Below are positions 12,905 through 27,273 of a stretch of DNA of 64,000 bases, piece by piece. Numbering within the stretch: the stretch's first letter is position 1; each line of letters begins with the position of its first letter. Made by a program: the position numbers and the translations under genes. The notes beneath the pieces are model-generated. The model was given only the letters and a program-made list of their open reading frames with translations, did no database searches and was not told the DNA's origin. This stretch comes from Eledone cirrhosa (taxonomy: Eukaryota): assembly GCA_964016885.1 (NCBI GenBank), contig OZ024741.1:294996001-295060000 (forward strand), read 5' to 3'.

Positions 12905-13903
12905 TAATCATGGTTTCTGATTTAGGCACAAAGCCAGCAATTTTGGGGGATGAGAAAGTCGATTAAATCGACCACAATGCATGGCTGGTACTTTATTTTA
13001 TCGACCCCCGTAAGGATGAAAGGCAAAGTTAACATTGGTGGGATTTGAACTCAGAACATAAAGGGCCATAACTCTATGCGGAAAAGCATGGTATCTGGTG
13101 CTCTACCGATACTGCCAATCAATAATAATAATAATTGTTTCTACTTTGGGTGCAAGGCCCGCAATTATCCCAGTGCATTACTGGTACTTTATTTTATTGA
13201 CCACATAAGGATGAAAGCAAAGTTAACCTCGTAGTCACATAACACCCTGTTCATTAGAGCAAAGTGCCCTCTCCCAGTTGTTCTCCTCCAATCTACAAGC
13301 CCATTCACATGGACCATGCTCTCCACTCTCACACACCTTCCAACAAACTGGTTGAAAGGTAGCACTTCCCTCTTCACCCTGATTTTCCTCTTCAAGTGAA
13401 ACCTGAAAAAGTTAATCGGGGCTTTGCTAAAGAGGAAAGTGGTTGCCAATAATGATTTAGATACAAGGCCAACAATTTTGGGGGGAGGGGAAATTCGATT
13501 AAATTGACCCCAGTAGTTTACTGGTGCTTTATTTTATCGACCCTGTAAAGATGAAAGGCAAAGCTAGCCTCAGCTGGATTTGAACTCAGAATGTAAGGCA
13601 CTGTAATTATATTCCACAAAGTATAATGTCCGACACTCTAGTGATAATGCCAATCCACTTCCCTTTTATTATATAATAATAATAATGGTTTCTTATATAG
13701 ACACAAGGCCGCAATTTTGGGGGAGGGGAAAGTCGATTAAATTGACCCCAGTGCATTACTGGTGCTTTATTTTATCAACCCCATAAGAATGAAAGGCAAA
13801 GCTAACCTCATTGGGATTTGAACTCGGAACGTAAAGGGCCGTAACTCTATGTCGCTAAGCATGTTGTTCGATGCTCTATCAACACCACCAATCCACCACC
13901 CTA
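12905..13903 (-). mobile_element. Cluster of four tRNA-derived SINE family 1 copies (~12905-13121, 13128-13230, 13450-13664, 13678-13903)
   Basis: Each has all or part of gagttcaaatcc (B box), the central gcctttcatccttacggggtcgataaaataaagtaccag domain and an (ATT)n tail. Confidence 0.85.
13235..13440 (-). mobile_element. Tx1/L1-like LINE ORF2 C-terminal fragment
   Basis: INFFRFHLKRKIRVKREVLPFNQFVGRCV; homologous to 25880-26055. Confidence 0.55.
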
Positions 13904-15125
13904 ATAATAATAATAGCCATAGGAGTTTAGTGATTGAAGTTAAAATATAATTTTGGTAGATATCAGATACCTTTGAATATAAAAGAGTGAAAAAAAGATT
14001 GATTAAAAGAATATATTCTTCTATTCCTTTATTGGTTTCAGTGACTGAGTTGTTGCTATGATGGAACATTACTGCTTTTGAGGGTTTAAAATAATCATAT
14101 TGATTCCAGAAATTATATCAGTCCAGTACTTATTTTATAGATACTAAGTTACAGTTTTGACATAACGAGATGCAACTCAACACACTGGTAAGCATAAGTA
14201 TGTATATGATGGGCTTTGACACAGTTTCTCTAAGAATTTGGCAACCTAAGGCTCATATTGAAGCAAACTTTTTAATTAAACAGCTTTACCACACCCTCTC
14301 ACTCTCTTTCTCTCTCTGTTTGTCTCTGTCTCTATGTGTACATTTTATATGAAGTTTAGAGGAGTTCTCTTGATTCGTTAGATTGATGGTCCTATGTTAT
14401 ATGTGTTAATGAAGTTAAATGTAACATGGTAAGTGCTATAATGTATATAAGATTTTTCAATAGCAGGAAGTGTTTTTTTGAAAGAGCAGCTAATGTTCAG
14501 TTGGACTATCTGCTGTTACTCTGTTACCATTTTGTGTAAACAAAATCTATGGGGTTCTAGATTGTTTATCTGAGTTCAAGTAAAAGCAACTAAAAATCAT
14601 TTTTGATGTGATTATCTTTCTTACATTACCAAACACTGCTACTCTCTTTCCACCTATTCCTGCAGTCATTTCTCTTAACTTGTTTTTCATACTTTTAGGA
14701 CATCCATTAATATAAGCCTGTTCTTTGAAGCTAAGTAAATTAGTTTCAATTCCTGCTGAGATTCCACTTTGATAAATTTATCTGCTCAGAGACAAAATTA
14801 TATCTGCAGGAGACATTTCAATATATGGACATAACTCTTGCTTTCACATGTCTCTCATTTTCTCTATCTGTCAGGAATAGATAGCAGATTCATTTTGCAG
14901 CCTTTTCTATAATAGTGTAGTGTAATATTCATAATATTCAGAACCAAACCTGTTTCATGAGTTCTCTGTGGCTCAAGAAAATATTATTGTTGGTGGCTTT
15001 TTTATGTCTATTTTTTTTTTCTTTGTAAGCCAATATTTGTTAGACAAATCTGCTATACACCATATCTCATGTTTCCAACTTACATTTTCTGGGTTAAAAT
15101 TCAATATTTCTGGGTTAAAATTCAA

Positions 15126-15485
15126 TATTTCCTGGCGTCGAAGCCGCTTCGTCCTCTAGGATGCACCCTAATTTTGACAACCAAATAATTTGAAAAAAAA
15201 TAATTGTTTCTACTTTTGACACAAGGCCAGCAATTATCCCAGTACATTACTGGTACTTTATTTTATCGACCCCATAAGGATGAAAGGATAAGTGAACCTC
15301 GGTGGGATTTGAACTCAGACTATAAAGGGGTGTAACTCTATGCTGCAAAGCATGGCGTCTGACCTTCTACCAATACTGCCCTTTGAAAAAAAAATGAACA
15401 ACCTTCAGCCTCCAGGCCGTATGGTAGATTTTTTTAGACTTATTTTAGGAAAAAAGTAGCATCTTCGACGCCGGGAAATACAGTA
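15126..15485. mobile_element. Tc1/mariner (pogo/Tigger-like) MITE with a nested SINE
   Basis: Terminal inverted repeats (TIRs) tatttcctggcgtcgaag / cttcgacgccgggaaatacag followed by TA; SINE at 15201-15380 flanked by a tttgaaaaaaaa duplication. Confidence 0.7.
15201..15380 (-). mobile_element. SINE family 1
   Basis: Same domains as the other copies; target site duplication (TSD) tttgaaaaaaaa. Confidence 0.85.
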
Positions 15486-16178
15486 CATAGTTTTTCGTTT
15501 ATTTCTAACATTGGTACTTGTCCATTTTTCCATGCTAGCCTGGATTGGACAAGATTGTTTTGAGACAGTATTCTACAGCCAGATGTCATGCCTAACACCA
15601 ACTCATCATATTAATATGGTACTAATTCTTCACTTATTGAATCACTAAACTAATCTTCACCCATCAATCTTCTAAACTGTGGAACATATGGTTTATACAA
15701 GATATGAAAAAATAGCACCGCTTGTTTAAATTGTGTCAACATCGACATATGCAGATATACACACACAGTGTGTATATTCATGTAAAGTTTTTGTTGTTAT
15801 CAAATTATCAATACTTTTATCATTGTTTTTTTCTGGCTATTGTATTTCTTCCATGAAAGGCCAAGTTTACTTCCGTGTTCAGTAGATCTGAACCTAGAGC
15901 ACTGTAAACTGTTATTCTGTCTGTCGCTCTAATGATTCTGCCAATTCTTTGCCTCAATGTTGGGATTATTTCTTATAAAAATTGTAAGAATTATCAATTT
16001 TATTTGGCACTGTTATTTATACTTTACTCCCAAAGTTATTTAAACCATTTGTTCAATTACAAAGTAACAATGATAATAATATAATAAAAATAATAATAGG
16101 TCGAGTCAGTGTATGATTCACTAAGTCTATATACTGCTTGCTAATAATGAAAGACCAATGTCTGTTGTCTTACACAAA

Positions 16179-16220
<42 letters not shown>

Positions 16221-16339
16221 GTAGCTATGAACATTAGTACACATGTCAGGTATGATGGCACTTTTGGCAAACCTCTAACTATTGATAATACTCTACCTAT
16301 TCTTACTCAGATAACAAAATAACCAATATAGTAGATATC

Positions 16340-17525
16340 AAAATACACATATACACATATACACACATAATATATAAAGATACACACACACACGCACACA
16401 CACACACACACTATATATATACACACACAAACACACAATATATAAACATACGTATATACACACAAACACACACACAGACAATGCATAAACATACATATAC
16501 ATGCACACACATACATACATGCACCCACATACTTTGCATAAACATACACATAAGCATACACATATATACACACAAACACACACAAAATGCATAAACATAC
16601 ACATACACACATTATATAAACATATACACACACAAACACACACACATTACATAAGCATAAGCGCACAATGTATAAACATACACATATACATACACAAACA
16701 AACAATGCATAAACATACATATATACACAAACACATATATACACACACAAACACATACACACATATATACACACACACATATATACACATCAACATACAC
16801 ATATATACACACACAACATATATATACACACACATATATACACACACATATATACACACACAACACATATACACACACAACACATATACACACACAAACA
16901 CATATATATACACACAAACACATATATATACACACAAACACATATATATACACAAACATATATACACACACAAACACATATATATACACAAACATATATA
17001 CACACACAAACACATATATACACACACACATATATATACACACACACATATACACACACACATATATATACACACACACACATATATACACACACATATG
17101 TACACACACACATATATCCACACACACACATATATACACACACACACATATATATACACACTCACATATATATACACACAACACATATACACACACACAT
17201 ATATATATACACACACACACACATATACACACACACATATATACACACAAATATACACACACAACACATATATACACACACACACATATATACACACACA
17301 ACACATATATACACACACATATATACACACACACATATATATACACACACACATATACACACAACACATATACACACACACATATATATACACACACACA
17401 CACAAATACACACACAAACACATATACACACACACACATATATACACATCAACATACACATATATACACACAGACACATATACCGACACATATATATACA
17501 CACACATATATATATACACACACAA

Positions 17526-17563
<38 letters not shown>

Positions 17564-17740
17564 CCACACACACAAACACATACACACACACATACATACA
17601 CACACATACATACACACATATATATACACACACACAACACATATACACACACATCAACACAACACACAAATACACACACACACATATATACGCACCCAAC
17701 ACATATACACACATACATATATACACACACAAACACATAA
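16340..17740. repeat. 1.4-kb complex (CA)/(TA) low-complexity array
   Basis: Direct reading; source of the spurious HTHIY / VCVY ORFs. Confidence 0.95.
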
Positions 17741-18074
17741 TCGTATGCATGCACAAATACAGACAGAAATGTGTGCGCCTGTTATACATTTTTTACTTTG
17801 CTGCATGGGTGGGATGTTAATTGAAAATTTAGACATTTGTATGCTGCCTCTATATAAATGTTAACCCAATGTGACCACTGAATGTCTATCAAACCCCAAG
17901 ATAAATCTATCTATGTTCTGCCCACCCAGATCAGTATAATCACCGCCTGACTCTAACCCAGCTGCTGCTACAGGTAAGAAGAGGTATTTCAAGAAAAAAA
18001 AACGTAATTTTAAACAAATACATACTGACTACAATATCACAGAACAGAATAACGTGTTTAGAGTGCCACAGATT

Positions 18075-18078
<4 letters not shown>

Positions 18079-18137
<59 letters not shown>
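18079..18137. repeat. (CT)n microsatellite
   Basis: Direct reading. Confidence 0.95.
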
Positions 18138-18142
<5 letters not shown>

Positions 18143-18155
18143 ATATATATATATA

Positions 18156-18590
18156 AATTGTTTCTACTTTTGGCACAGGGCCAGCAATTAACCAGTGTAT
18201 TACTGGTACTTTATTTTATCGACCCCGTAAGGATGAAAGGCAAAGTTAACCTCGGCGGGATTTGAACTCAGAATGGCAAGGGCCATACTCAATGTGTCAA
18301 AGCATGGCGTCCGCCGACCCTCTACCGATACTGCCAATCCACCGCCCTAAATATATATATAATTTTATTTTTTTTCTCAGCATTATTTTATTATTATTAA
18401 TGATGGTTTCTGATTTAGGCACAAGGCCAACAATTTTGGAAGGAGGAGAAAATCGATTAAATCAACCTCAGTGTATTACTGGTACTTTATTTTTATCGAC
18501 CCTGTAAGGATGAAAGGCAAAGCTAACCTAGACAGGATTTGAACTCAGAGCAGAACAGGTTGTAACTCTATGCCGTGAGCATATTGTCTA
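18156..18590 (-). mobile_element. Two SINE family 1 copies (~18156-18347, 18400-18590)
   Basis: B box and central domain present. Confidence 0.8.
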
Positions 18591-18814
18591 ATGTTTATTG
18601 TTATTAATAATAATATGTTCAGTCATAGCTGTGTGGTTAAGGTGTTCGCTTTATAACCATGTGGTTTCAGGTTCAGTTTTTGTCCTCTGTGTTCAAATCT
18701 TGTCGAAATCAACTTCACTTTTTTACCAGTCCCAAATGTTGGTTTAGTGGAATTGATAGTGTTAGATGAAATGCTTTGTGGTATGCTATTTAATCCAGCT
18801 CTTTGTACATTATT

Positions 18815-18986
18815 CTATGTACTATACATGCACTTTTGATGAGTTGTAGTGCACCTGAGCACTGTACATAATAATTTCCATGCCGAGGTTGACTTTGCCT
18901 TTCATCCTTACGGAGTCGATAAAATAAAGTACCAGTAATGCACTGGATAATTGCTGGCCTTGTGCCTAAAGTAGAAACAATTATTA
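18815..18986 (+). mobile_element. CR1 3'-end fragment (18815-18878) followed by a partial SINE family 1 copy
   Basis: ctatgtactatacat.cacttttgatg..ttgtagtgcacctgagcactgta matches the CR1 3'UTR at 31278-31330. Confidence 0.75.
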
Positions 18987-20051
18987 TTTTACTTCAATCT
19001 GGTCTCCATTTGCTTTATTTGAGTTGCAAGCATTCAGAATTGCCAGGTCACTAATTTGAGAATAACTTATTTCCTTCATCCTACAAGTCTTGGAGCTCCC
19101 AGAAAAAACAAGTATCATAGGTGCTCCTCTTCCCTTCTTAAGTTGTAAAACAAACAAAGAAATAAAATTGTACAAAGAAATATATACAGTTTGGATTTTT
19201 TACAGTTTCTGTCTAGCAAATTCCACTTCTTAACCACATGGCCACGACTATATTTTTAGAGATACAGTATATATGTACTACAATATAGAGACACACAAGT
19301 TTTTTCTAGAGGTCTGTCTGTCTCTGAGTTACCATAGTTCCCACACCATTCTGGGACTGCCTTGATTAGAGAAAATAAATTACAGCTTTTTATACGAAGT
19401 CTCTGTAGGGAATTAGGCAGAAATGACTCTACAAAGTCAAAGGAAGCTGTTTTTAATCTTCAACTCATTAACTTAAATGAATAAATAATCACTTTTTCAC
19501 TTTTTCTTATCACCATTTCATTTTTTTTTTTATTCTTTCTCTCTTTAAAAACAAATTTTCAACTAAAACTCAAGCAGACTATTTTTGAATTTATTTATTT
19601 TCGTCATTTAGAATGTCAAACACATATATAAACATACACACTACACACACATACATACATATCAGTATTCACACTAACAGACATATCAGTATATTAGCAG
19701 TAGCACTCATGTAATGTGTGCACTCATGTAGCACTCATGTAATGTGATTCATAACAGAGATTATATGAAGGCATATATGATATTTTATGTATAATAAACA
19801 TATATAAATCACTCTCTGACTGTTTTAAGTTGGGATCCTGTCACAGCTATCTCAGTAGTCATCTTAAAAAGCCAGACACATTTTTTATCCATCATCAGAC
19901 ACATTTACTCACTTGGTACTGAGACAAGAATAAGCTATAGCTTATATACTTTTTGCATATAAAAATCTGCTGGAGATGCAAATTATACAAGCACATATAT
20001 AGCATGGAAGATGGACATTAACGATGATGATGATGATGATTATATATATAT

Positions 20052-20474
20052 AGTTAAAAGAATAGAGGTGTAACACACAAGTTATTATATATTGGTAAAC
20101 GGAATAGAAAATGCTGACAAATTGTTCACAGTTGAAAAATGGTTTAATTAGGAATAAAAGAGTATTAGTGATTGTATGGGTTAGTATTCAGTTGTGGTTT
20201 TAAGTTTTTAAGTTTTTACCGGTTGCGCATTTCTAAATGCTTTTCAAAAATAATTTTGAGATAGAGTGTCCATGCTGTTTGCTCTGAGCAAACAGCACGG
20301 ACACGCTATCTCAAAATTATTTTTGAAAAGCATTTAGAAATGCGCAACCGGTAAAAACTTAAAAACTTAAAACCACAACTGAATACTAACCCATACAATC
20401 ACTAATACTCTTTTATTCCTAATTAAACCATTTTTCAACTGTGAACAATTTGTCAGCATTTTCTATTCCGTTTA

Positions 20475-20484
<10 letters not shown>
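20052..20484 (-). mobile_element. Fold-back element: ~400-bp near-perfect palindrome plus ~34-nt tail, in (TA)n
   Basis: Arms 20086-20284 and 20286-20484 about a 1-nt centre; unpaired tail 20052-20085; same family as 61120-61394. Confidence 0.8.
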
Positions 20485-20510
<26 letters not shown>

Positions 20511-20597
20511 CACACACACACATGGCAGTACCCCTGCATGTCCTCAGCCTGTTGGCTGGAATGCATGATAGGGTACTATACATGTTAGAATACTATA

Positions 20598-20990
20598 TCA
20601 TCATCATCATCATCATCACCATTTTACGTCCGTTCTTCCACGCTAGCATGGGTTAGACGGGTTGTCCTGTTGTGGGCAGTGTCTGGTCGGCTGACCATGC
20701 CTTGCTCATACAGGAACTGATCTGGCTTGATTTCTACAGCTGGATGCCCTTCCTAACACCAACCTCATTTACAGTGAGTGCTGGGTACTTTTTCATGGCG
20801 CCTACACGTCCACTTTACAGTGTGGGCTGGGTGCTTTTTTTGCCGTGGCACCTCCACGACCACCTTGCGGTGGGGGGGGGGGGCATATTGTCTATATGCT
20901 TTAGCTTGTACTCATGGGAGGTCGGGTACTCTGTATTACTGCGTGACGCCAGAAGTCACGGTCGTGTGTCATTGTCTTTGAGAGGTGTAA
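20598..20990 (-). mobile_element. RTE subfamily A 3' fragment
   Basis: Close match to 51266-51660; (GAT)n tail. Confidence 0.92.
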
Positions 20991-22674
20991 TATATATATA
21001 AATTTATAATTTATATATATACACACATATACCAAATATGGAACGTATAAATGAGAGATAGTATCTGAATCATTACATCTTGGACTGTGTCAATATATCC
21101 AACCCATGCAAACATGGAAAAGGAAGTAAAATGATGATGATGATATTAACTAGAAGTAAACTGTGAACTCTGAAGCAAGCTGTACTGTATATAATTATAA
21201 GATGAACCTGAAAATCATTTTAATAAATAATTGTAGTATGTTTATGTAATGATATAATGTGTTTATAAACAGGGCAGAAAATGAGAAATGGGTAGGAATA
21301 ATGTGTTGAAATGTGTTGATTGAGCACCTGCTTTATATATTGAAACTAAACATTAAAACCATATTAACATCAAGTCATCCACATATACCCAAAACTATCT
21401 GAGCTTTGTAATTCTTTTATCATCAGTAACATTATATATGAGGCCACAATATCCTAGTCCTTCTGCAGAACATTGTGTAAAAAATAAGATTTAATAAATA
21501 ATAAATATTTTTGCTAAAACACAGCATATTTTGAAGATTTAGCATCAAATTAAGATAGATACAACTACCATTTTTTAATTAGAAATCTTAGCTGTGAATA
21601 GAAATGAATTGTGAAGTGTAAACACTTTCAACTATTCCTTGATACACAGAAAAAAATCAGAGTTTATTCTTATGCCTGTATTTCAGTAATTCTAATCACC
21701 TCTCTTATATGTTTTTTTTTTTTGTTTCTTTGTTTATGGAGGAATAATTGAAACTGTTTACACATGACAGTGCATTCTTTTCATGGCTGAGGCTTCTATT
21801 TCAAAATCAGTAGTTATATTTACTTCCAGTTTACCTTAAATAAAAAATTTCAGTTTTAAGTTAGTTCAAAGATCTATACTTCTATAGAAGTATAGAAAGT
21901 TGATTTTGAATCACGTATACAAAAATATTTCAGAGAAAAACCCGAACTGATGAGGTTAATAACCCAAACAATCTGATTCAATCTTTATTAATTTGTACTA
22001 TTTGTTCTAGCTCTCTATATTCACAGTTCAAATCTTTCCAAGATCAACTTTACCTTTCTTCATACCAGGGCCAATGGAATATAATAACAGTTGTGTACTG
22101 AGGTGAATTTAATAAACTAACTCCTCCTACTCAAATTCCTGGCCTTGTGCCTATGTTAGAAACCATTATCATTATTACTATAAGAAGGTAGGGCAGTACA
22201 TTGGCAGAATCATTAGTGTCAAACAAAATGCTTTGCAGCATTTAGTAATGTCTCTTTGCATTCTGAGTTGAAATCCTGTTGTGGTCAACTTCGCCTTTCT
22301 TTCTTTTGGAGGTCAATAAAATAAAGTAACAGTCAAGTCGATATAATCAACTTTCTCTTTCCCCCAAATTAATAGCTCTTTGCCAATGTTACTAAGAATT
22401 ATTATTAGAGGTTTGTGGATTAGTAAGGTTGGTGTGGTTTGTTGGGCAATTGTATTCAATGAACCCCAGACTGAGTAATGCCTTGTGAATGAATTCAGTT
22501 GAAGAGAACTGTAAGGGAGCCTGTTGTGTGAGTATGGGTTCGTATGTGTGCCTAACACGGCAGATGTCATATCGACACTGCAGATAAGCCAGCCGTGACA
22601 TTTGTTTATGTTCTTCATAAACAATGTGTCCTTCAGTATAGCAGTTCCACAAGCACCAAGGTTATATGCCCTAC

Positions 22675-23050
22675 TTAAAATAGGGTATCAATTAATATCA
22701 AGAAGGGTATCCAACAATAAAAAATCTGCTTCAAAATGTCTCTTGGAAAAAAAGAAGGAAGCAATGTTTCCATTGGTTTTTCTATTGCTGATACTATCTC
22801 CCAGTTGCAACTCTGATTAGAAGGAGCTATATGAAATAAAGTGTATTTCTCAAGGATACAATGTGCTGCCCAGTTGTGGAATTAATTCCACAACCTTATG
22901 ATTGTGAGTTCAACACCCTAAGCATTACGCCAAAGTGGACATAATAATGTTGACACTGTGCTGCCTAGTTGAAGAATTGACCCCAGAACCTTATGATTGT
23001 GAGTTCAACACCCTAACATTAGGAGGCCAAAGTGGATATAAAAATGTTGA
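22675..23050 (-). mobile_element. tRNA-derived SINE family 2 with a tandemly duplicated head
   Basis: ~90-bp unit tgtgctgcc.agttg...aaccttatgattgtgagttcaacacccta...gccaaagtgga.ata repeated at ~22862 and ~22958. Confidence 0.6.
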
Positions 23051-23584
23051 TGATGATACTTTCTGGTGCCATAATATTCAGAAGTAATTGCTATTGAGAT
23101 GTGTCATTCATTGTAACAAATCTCTCTGTATTACACATAGTTAAATCAGGAAAGTCAAATAATATATTTATTTGAGTTTGATTTAAATGGACATTGTTTA
23201 TGATTACAATGTGAAAGTGGATGGATTTACACACATTGCAAGTAGTCTCACACACCTATGAAATAAACAGGACTGTTGACATTTAATTATTGTGAAAAGA
23301 CATGATCAGGTGGTTTTCTTCAAAGTGATTATAGCTATAATCTTAATATGAACAAAGATAATTAATGTTGAAATCCAATTTGTGTATGAATAATTCTGTA
23401 CAAACTGTATATAGATGGAATATATTTCATAACAAACCCCTCTGCACATCAAAATGTGTGTACATTGCAAAGTGGTGTCAGTGTAAGAAATAAAAGAATG
23501 CTGTTTATATACAATGAGCACCACTACCACCAACACCACCTCTACTACTACTACTATAAATGAAAGGCTGGCTGTATGTTGCCT

Positions 23585-24015
23585 TTTTGCACTGTATGAT
23601 GCTGCATGGCAGTAAATCCAGAGGATATGGAGAAGCTGGAAAGAAATGAAGCAAGTATGCTCCAATGGATATGTGATGTTAATGTGCCTGAACAATGAAG
23701 CACGGATGAGCTGAGAGAAAAGCTGGGTATGGGAGGAATCAGATGTAGTATTCCAAAGAGAAGACTGCACTGGTATGGACATGCGATGCTTATGAATGAT
23801 GATTGCTGGGTGAAGTGCCTAGAAATCCCAGTGGAAGGAAGCTGCTGTAAAGAAAGACTGAAGAAGACCTGGGCAGAGGTGGTAAGATCGGATCTCAAAT
23901 TGGCAAAGTTCACTGAGGTGATGATGAAGGAATGTAACAAGTGGAGGGTTGCTGTGCTGAAAAAGACCCATACAACCTATGCAAGCATGGAAACGTGGAT
24001 GTAACATGGTGATGA
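23585..24015 (+). mobile_element. Old RTE 3' fragment
   Basis: RRLHWYGHAMLMNDDCWVKC...KKTWAEVVRSDL, homologous to the RTE C-terminus. Confidence 0.8.
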
Positions 24016-24541
24016 TAATCACTTTATCACACACATGCGCGCACCCCCTCTCTCTCTCTCTCTCCATCCTCTGCTCCTGCCTTTGCTCTCTCTCTCTCCC
24101 TCCCTCTCTTCCCCTCTCTCACCCTCCCAACCTCTCTCTCTCTAAATTTTGTATTAATATTCTGTCTCCATCACTAAATCCTGAAGTGGTATTGGTACAT
24201 AATTTTCAGTTAATTAGACACAAATGAATTAAATAATGAATGAGTTTAGTGAAAGGGTCACACAATAGCACATTGTTAGCTTGATGTGAATCTCTCTAAC
24301 ATGCCAACTAAGTAAGTCCAATGCTGAGTGACTTAGTTGGTCTGCTGCTACCATCAACCATCAATATTGTATCATGCCAACATCAATCAGTAAATTTATT
24401 CTCTCTATTACCTGACATTGAAACCTCTATCAGTGTGAGAGTATTTCAAATGGACAGACAATTGAATGAAAAATGGACATTAAATATTTACATTTATTCT
24501 TTTCTAACTATAGGCAGATGTCCAAAATTTTTCACTGTAAG

Positions 24542-24637
<96 letters not shown>

Positions 24638-25654
24638 TGTGTGTGATGACGAATGTTCCAGTTATTCAAACAATGAAACAACCTACTTGTGAAATTCACG
24701 TTCCACAGAAAAGTATACCTTTAATGTAGTCCTCAGGGAGATTCAGCATGGCACAGTATGTTACAAGACTAACCCTTTAAATTACAAGTATAATGCATTT
24801 TACACACATACACACATATACACGCACACACAAACGCACACGCACGCATGCATGCATGCACGCACACACACACACAAAGAAAGCAAGAAGAGAGAGAATT
24901 ATTGATTGAATTGGTCATAGGCAATTACTGGTAATTTCCCTCCTCCCTTCATCACCACCACTTTACCTGATCTGATTAGAGATGGTATCCACCATGGTGT
25001 TTACTAAAGGATCCGTCACTAATTTTTTTTTAAAAACAACTATTACAGAAGACATTTTATTTTTTTTTTGTTACAATCTTATCTTTACTGGTAGAATCAA
25101 CATCATCGTTTTAACGTCCACTTTCCCTGCTAGTAGCAAGGGTTAGATGGGTCTACATAGTAGGGCTACTGATCTCTCAGACAGGCAAGGGATATGCGTC
25201 TTACTTATGTACGGTCTCACTTTCTACCAAGTGCACAGGAGAGGTTGTTATGTCTTTTGACACAACTAAAAGGTCCTTCCAACCATTTGTCTGACAAGAT
25301 TTCTACTGGTGGATGCTCTTCCTTTGACCAACCACTTTACAGCATGTACTGGGTGTGTAGGTCATGAACTCTATATTTTATGACAATTATATACACACAT
25401 AAATATACATGTTGGGTATGCATGTATGCACATTTACAAAGTGGTTAGTGATAGGAAGGTCATCTAACTGTAGAAGCTATGCCAAAATTGGAACGTATGT
25501 ATGTGAGATGTGGCCCCTGACATGTCTGGGAGGGCAGTAGTTTTGATTAAGTACAGACATTGTCTTTGACGACTCAACCAATCCTTCCCAACATGGTAAA
25601 TGAGAGTTTCATGATAATGACAGTGATGATATGTGTATAATCTTTGATTTGGTA

Positions 25655-26055
25655 ATAATAATAATAATGATTTCTTTATTAGCCACACTTGGCTCACATT
25701 AAGAAAACATTAAAGACAATACAGGACGATATGGTGTAGAGATTTTTATGTAAAATAAAATTTAAAATAGAGACTAAGAAAATAAACATTAAAAAAAAAA
25801 AAAAACTCAACAAATTCCCCAAATGTGAGGAGACTTTAAGTGTCACTCATGGCGAAAGCCCACAAAAAGCTATGGTCACCTTGTTTGCTAGGGCAAAGTG
25901 CCCTCTCCCAGTTGTCCTCGTCCAATCTACAAGCCCATTCACATGGCCCATGCTCACCAATTTCACCCAAGTTTCAACAAACTCGTTGAAAGGTAGCACT
26001 TCCCTCTTCCTACTGAAGTTCCTCTTCAAGTAAAACCTGAAAAAGTTAACCAGGT
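25655..26055 (-). mobile_element. Tx1/L1-like LINE 3' end with 3'UTR and (ATT)n tail
   Basis: LVNFFRFYLKRNFSRKREVLPFNEFVETWV; 3'UTR ending aataaagaaatcattattatt, also seen at ~41310-41500 (+). Confidence 0.6.
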
Positions 26056-27273
26056 CTTTTCCACAGCATCGATATTGCCAATCCATACTACTTGATTTGG
26101 TAAAAATAATAAAATTGTTTTGATAATATTTCAGCTTGGCTGATAATACTTTTGCATATATTACCACGGCCTCCATTTGGCTATCCATACTGCTACACAT
26201 TAAAACACTATGTAGTAGCATGACAGTAAAGGAACAAATATAAAGATTTTGTTAACTTGCTGTCGTCAATAAAAGCATGACACAGCTGGCAAACACTGGT
26301 CCCGACAATTTTGTTGACGAATCATATATTTTGAATGATATCAGAAACATAATTGTGATAGTAAATATATTCATTATAGAATTGTAAAGAAAATAAACAA
26401 ATAATTTTCTCTTCTTTCAATAATTTCATTATGTTAATGTCGGAATGGAATTTATTGCCTGTGAAATTAGATATAAAATTTTAAATCAATAAGGATAATG
26501 CAAATAAAATAACAAGGAGTTAGATGCCATTGTGGAAATCTGGGTTAAAATATTGTAAAATGTATTACCTGCAAGTTTGGCTAAATAATTGACTCCCCAT
26601 AAACTCATTCAAATTTACTATCACGATTATATCTATAACACATTCTGACAACCAGGGGCTTGTGAGTCTCCCCACTCCTGTCTGTGCAGTCATTTCTGGC
26701 ACCACACCCGAATAGTGGAGTTTCTATCACCTATCCAAATCTACAGTACATGAGCCACAGAACTTTGTTGAGGAAACCCAGACTATAATCCAGCCGGCAG
26801 CATCTATCCTGTTCCACTAGTTCTTGCTCTTTACCTGTAAGGCTCCAATTGTCAATGTTTGCTCCCTCCCGAACCCTTTTTGGGGTCTCGTGATATACAA
26901 TCTTTGTGCATCCATCCCAAGCCTCACAGGACAGGTTGCAGGCCAATCGCCAGTCTTTTACAGCCTGAAATGGCAACTGTAATATATTCTTAGAACAGGC
27001 CCCTCCATCTAATGCAATATCTATTATAGCCTTCCATAATTACGATTTCTGAACGTCGATTCACGTGACTGGTGTTCGCCGGTTATGCCAAATAAACAAA
27101 ACATAAGATGTTAAAAGTACTTACGAGAGATCACGATCCTTTTGTACACACAAAATATTTAGGAAAACGGAAACAAAAATACACAAAAAAACAAAACAAA
27201 AAACAAACATTTTATTTCTCTCGTAATCAAGTGTGCTAAACCTGTATTGTTTACATTCTGTGTTTTTCTACAG

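Noticed and set aside
16307-17836. Long ORFs up to 439 aa
   Set aside because: Translations of (CA)/(TA) repeats with no coding complexity; the same applies to ORFs at 43929-44499, 47125-47612, 49337-49882 and 61371-62314
26731-26976. Possible HERO-like endonuclease remnant (AVKDWRLACNL...ELVEQDR)
   Set aside because: Resemblance too weak to call without a profile search
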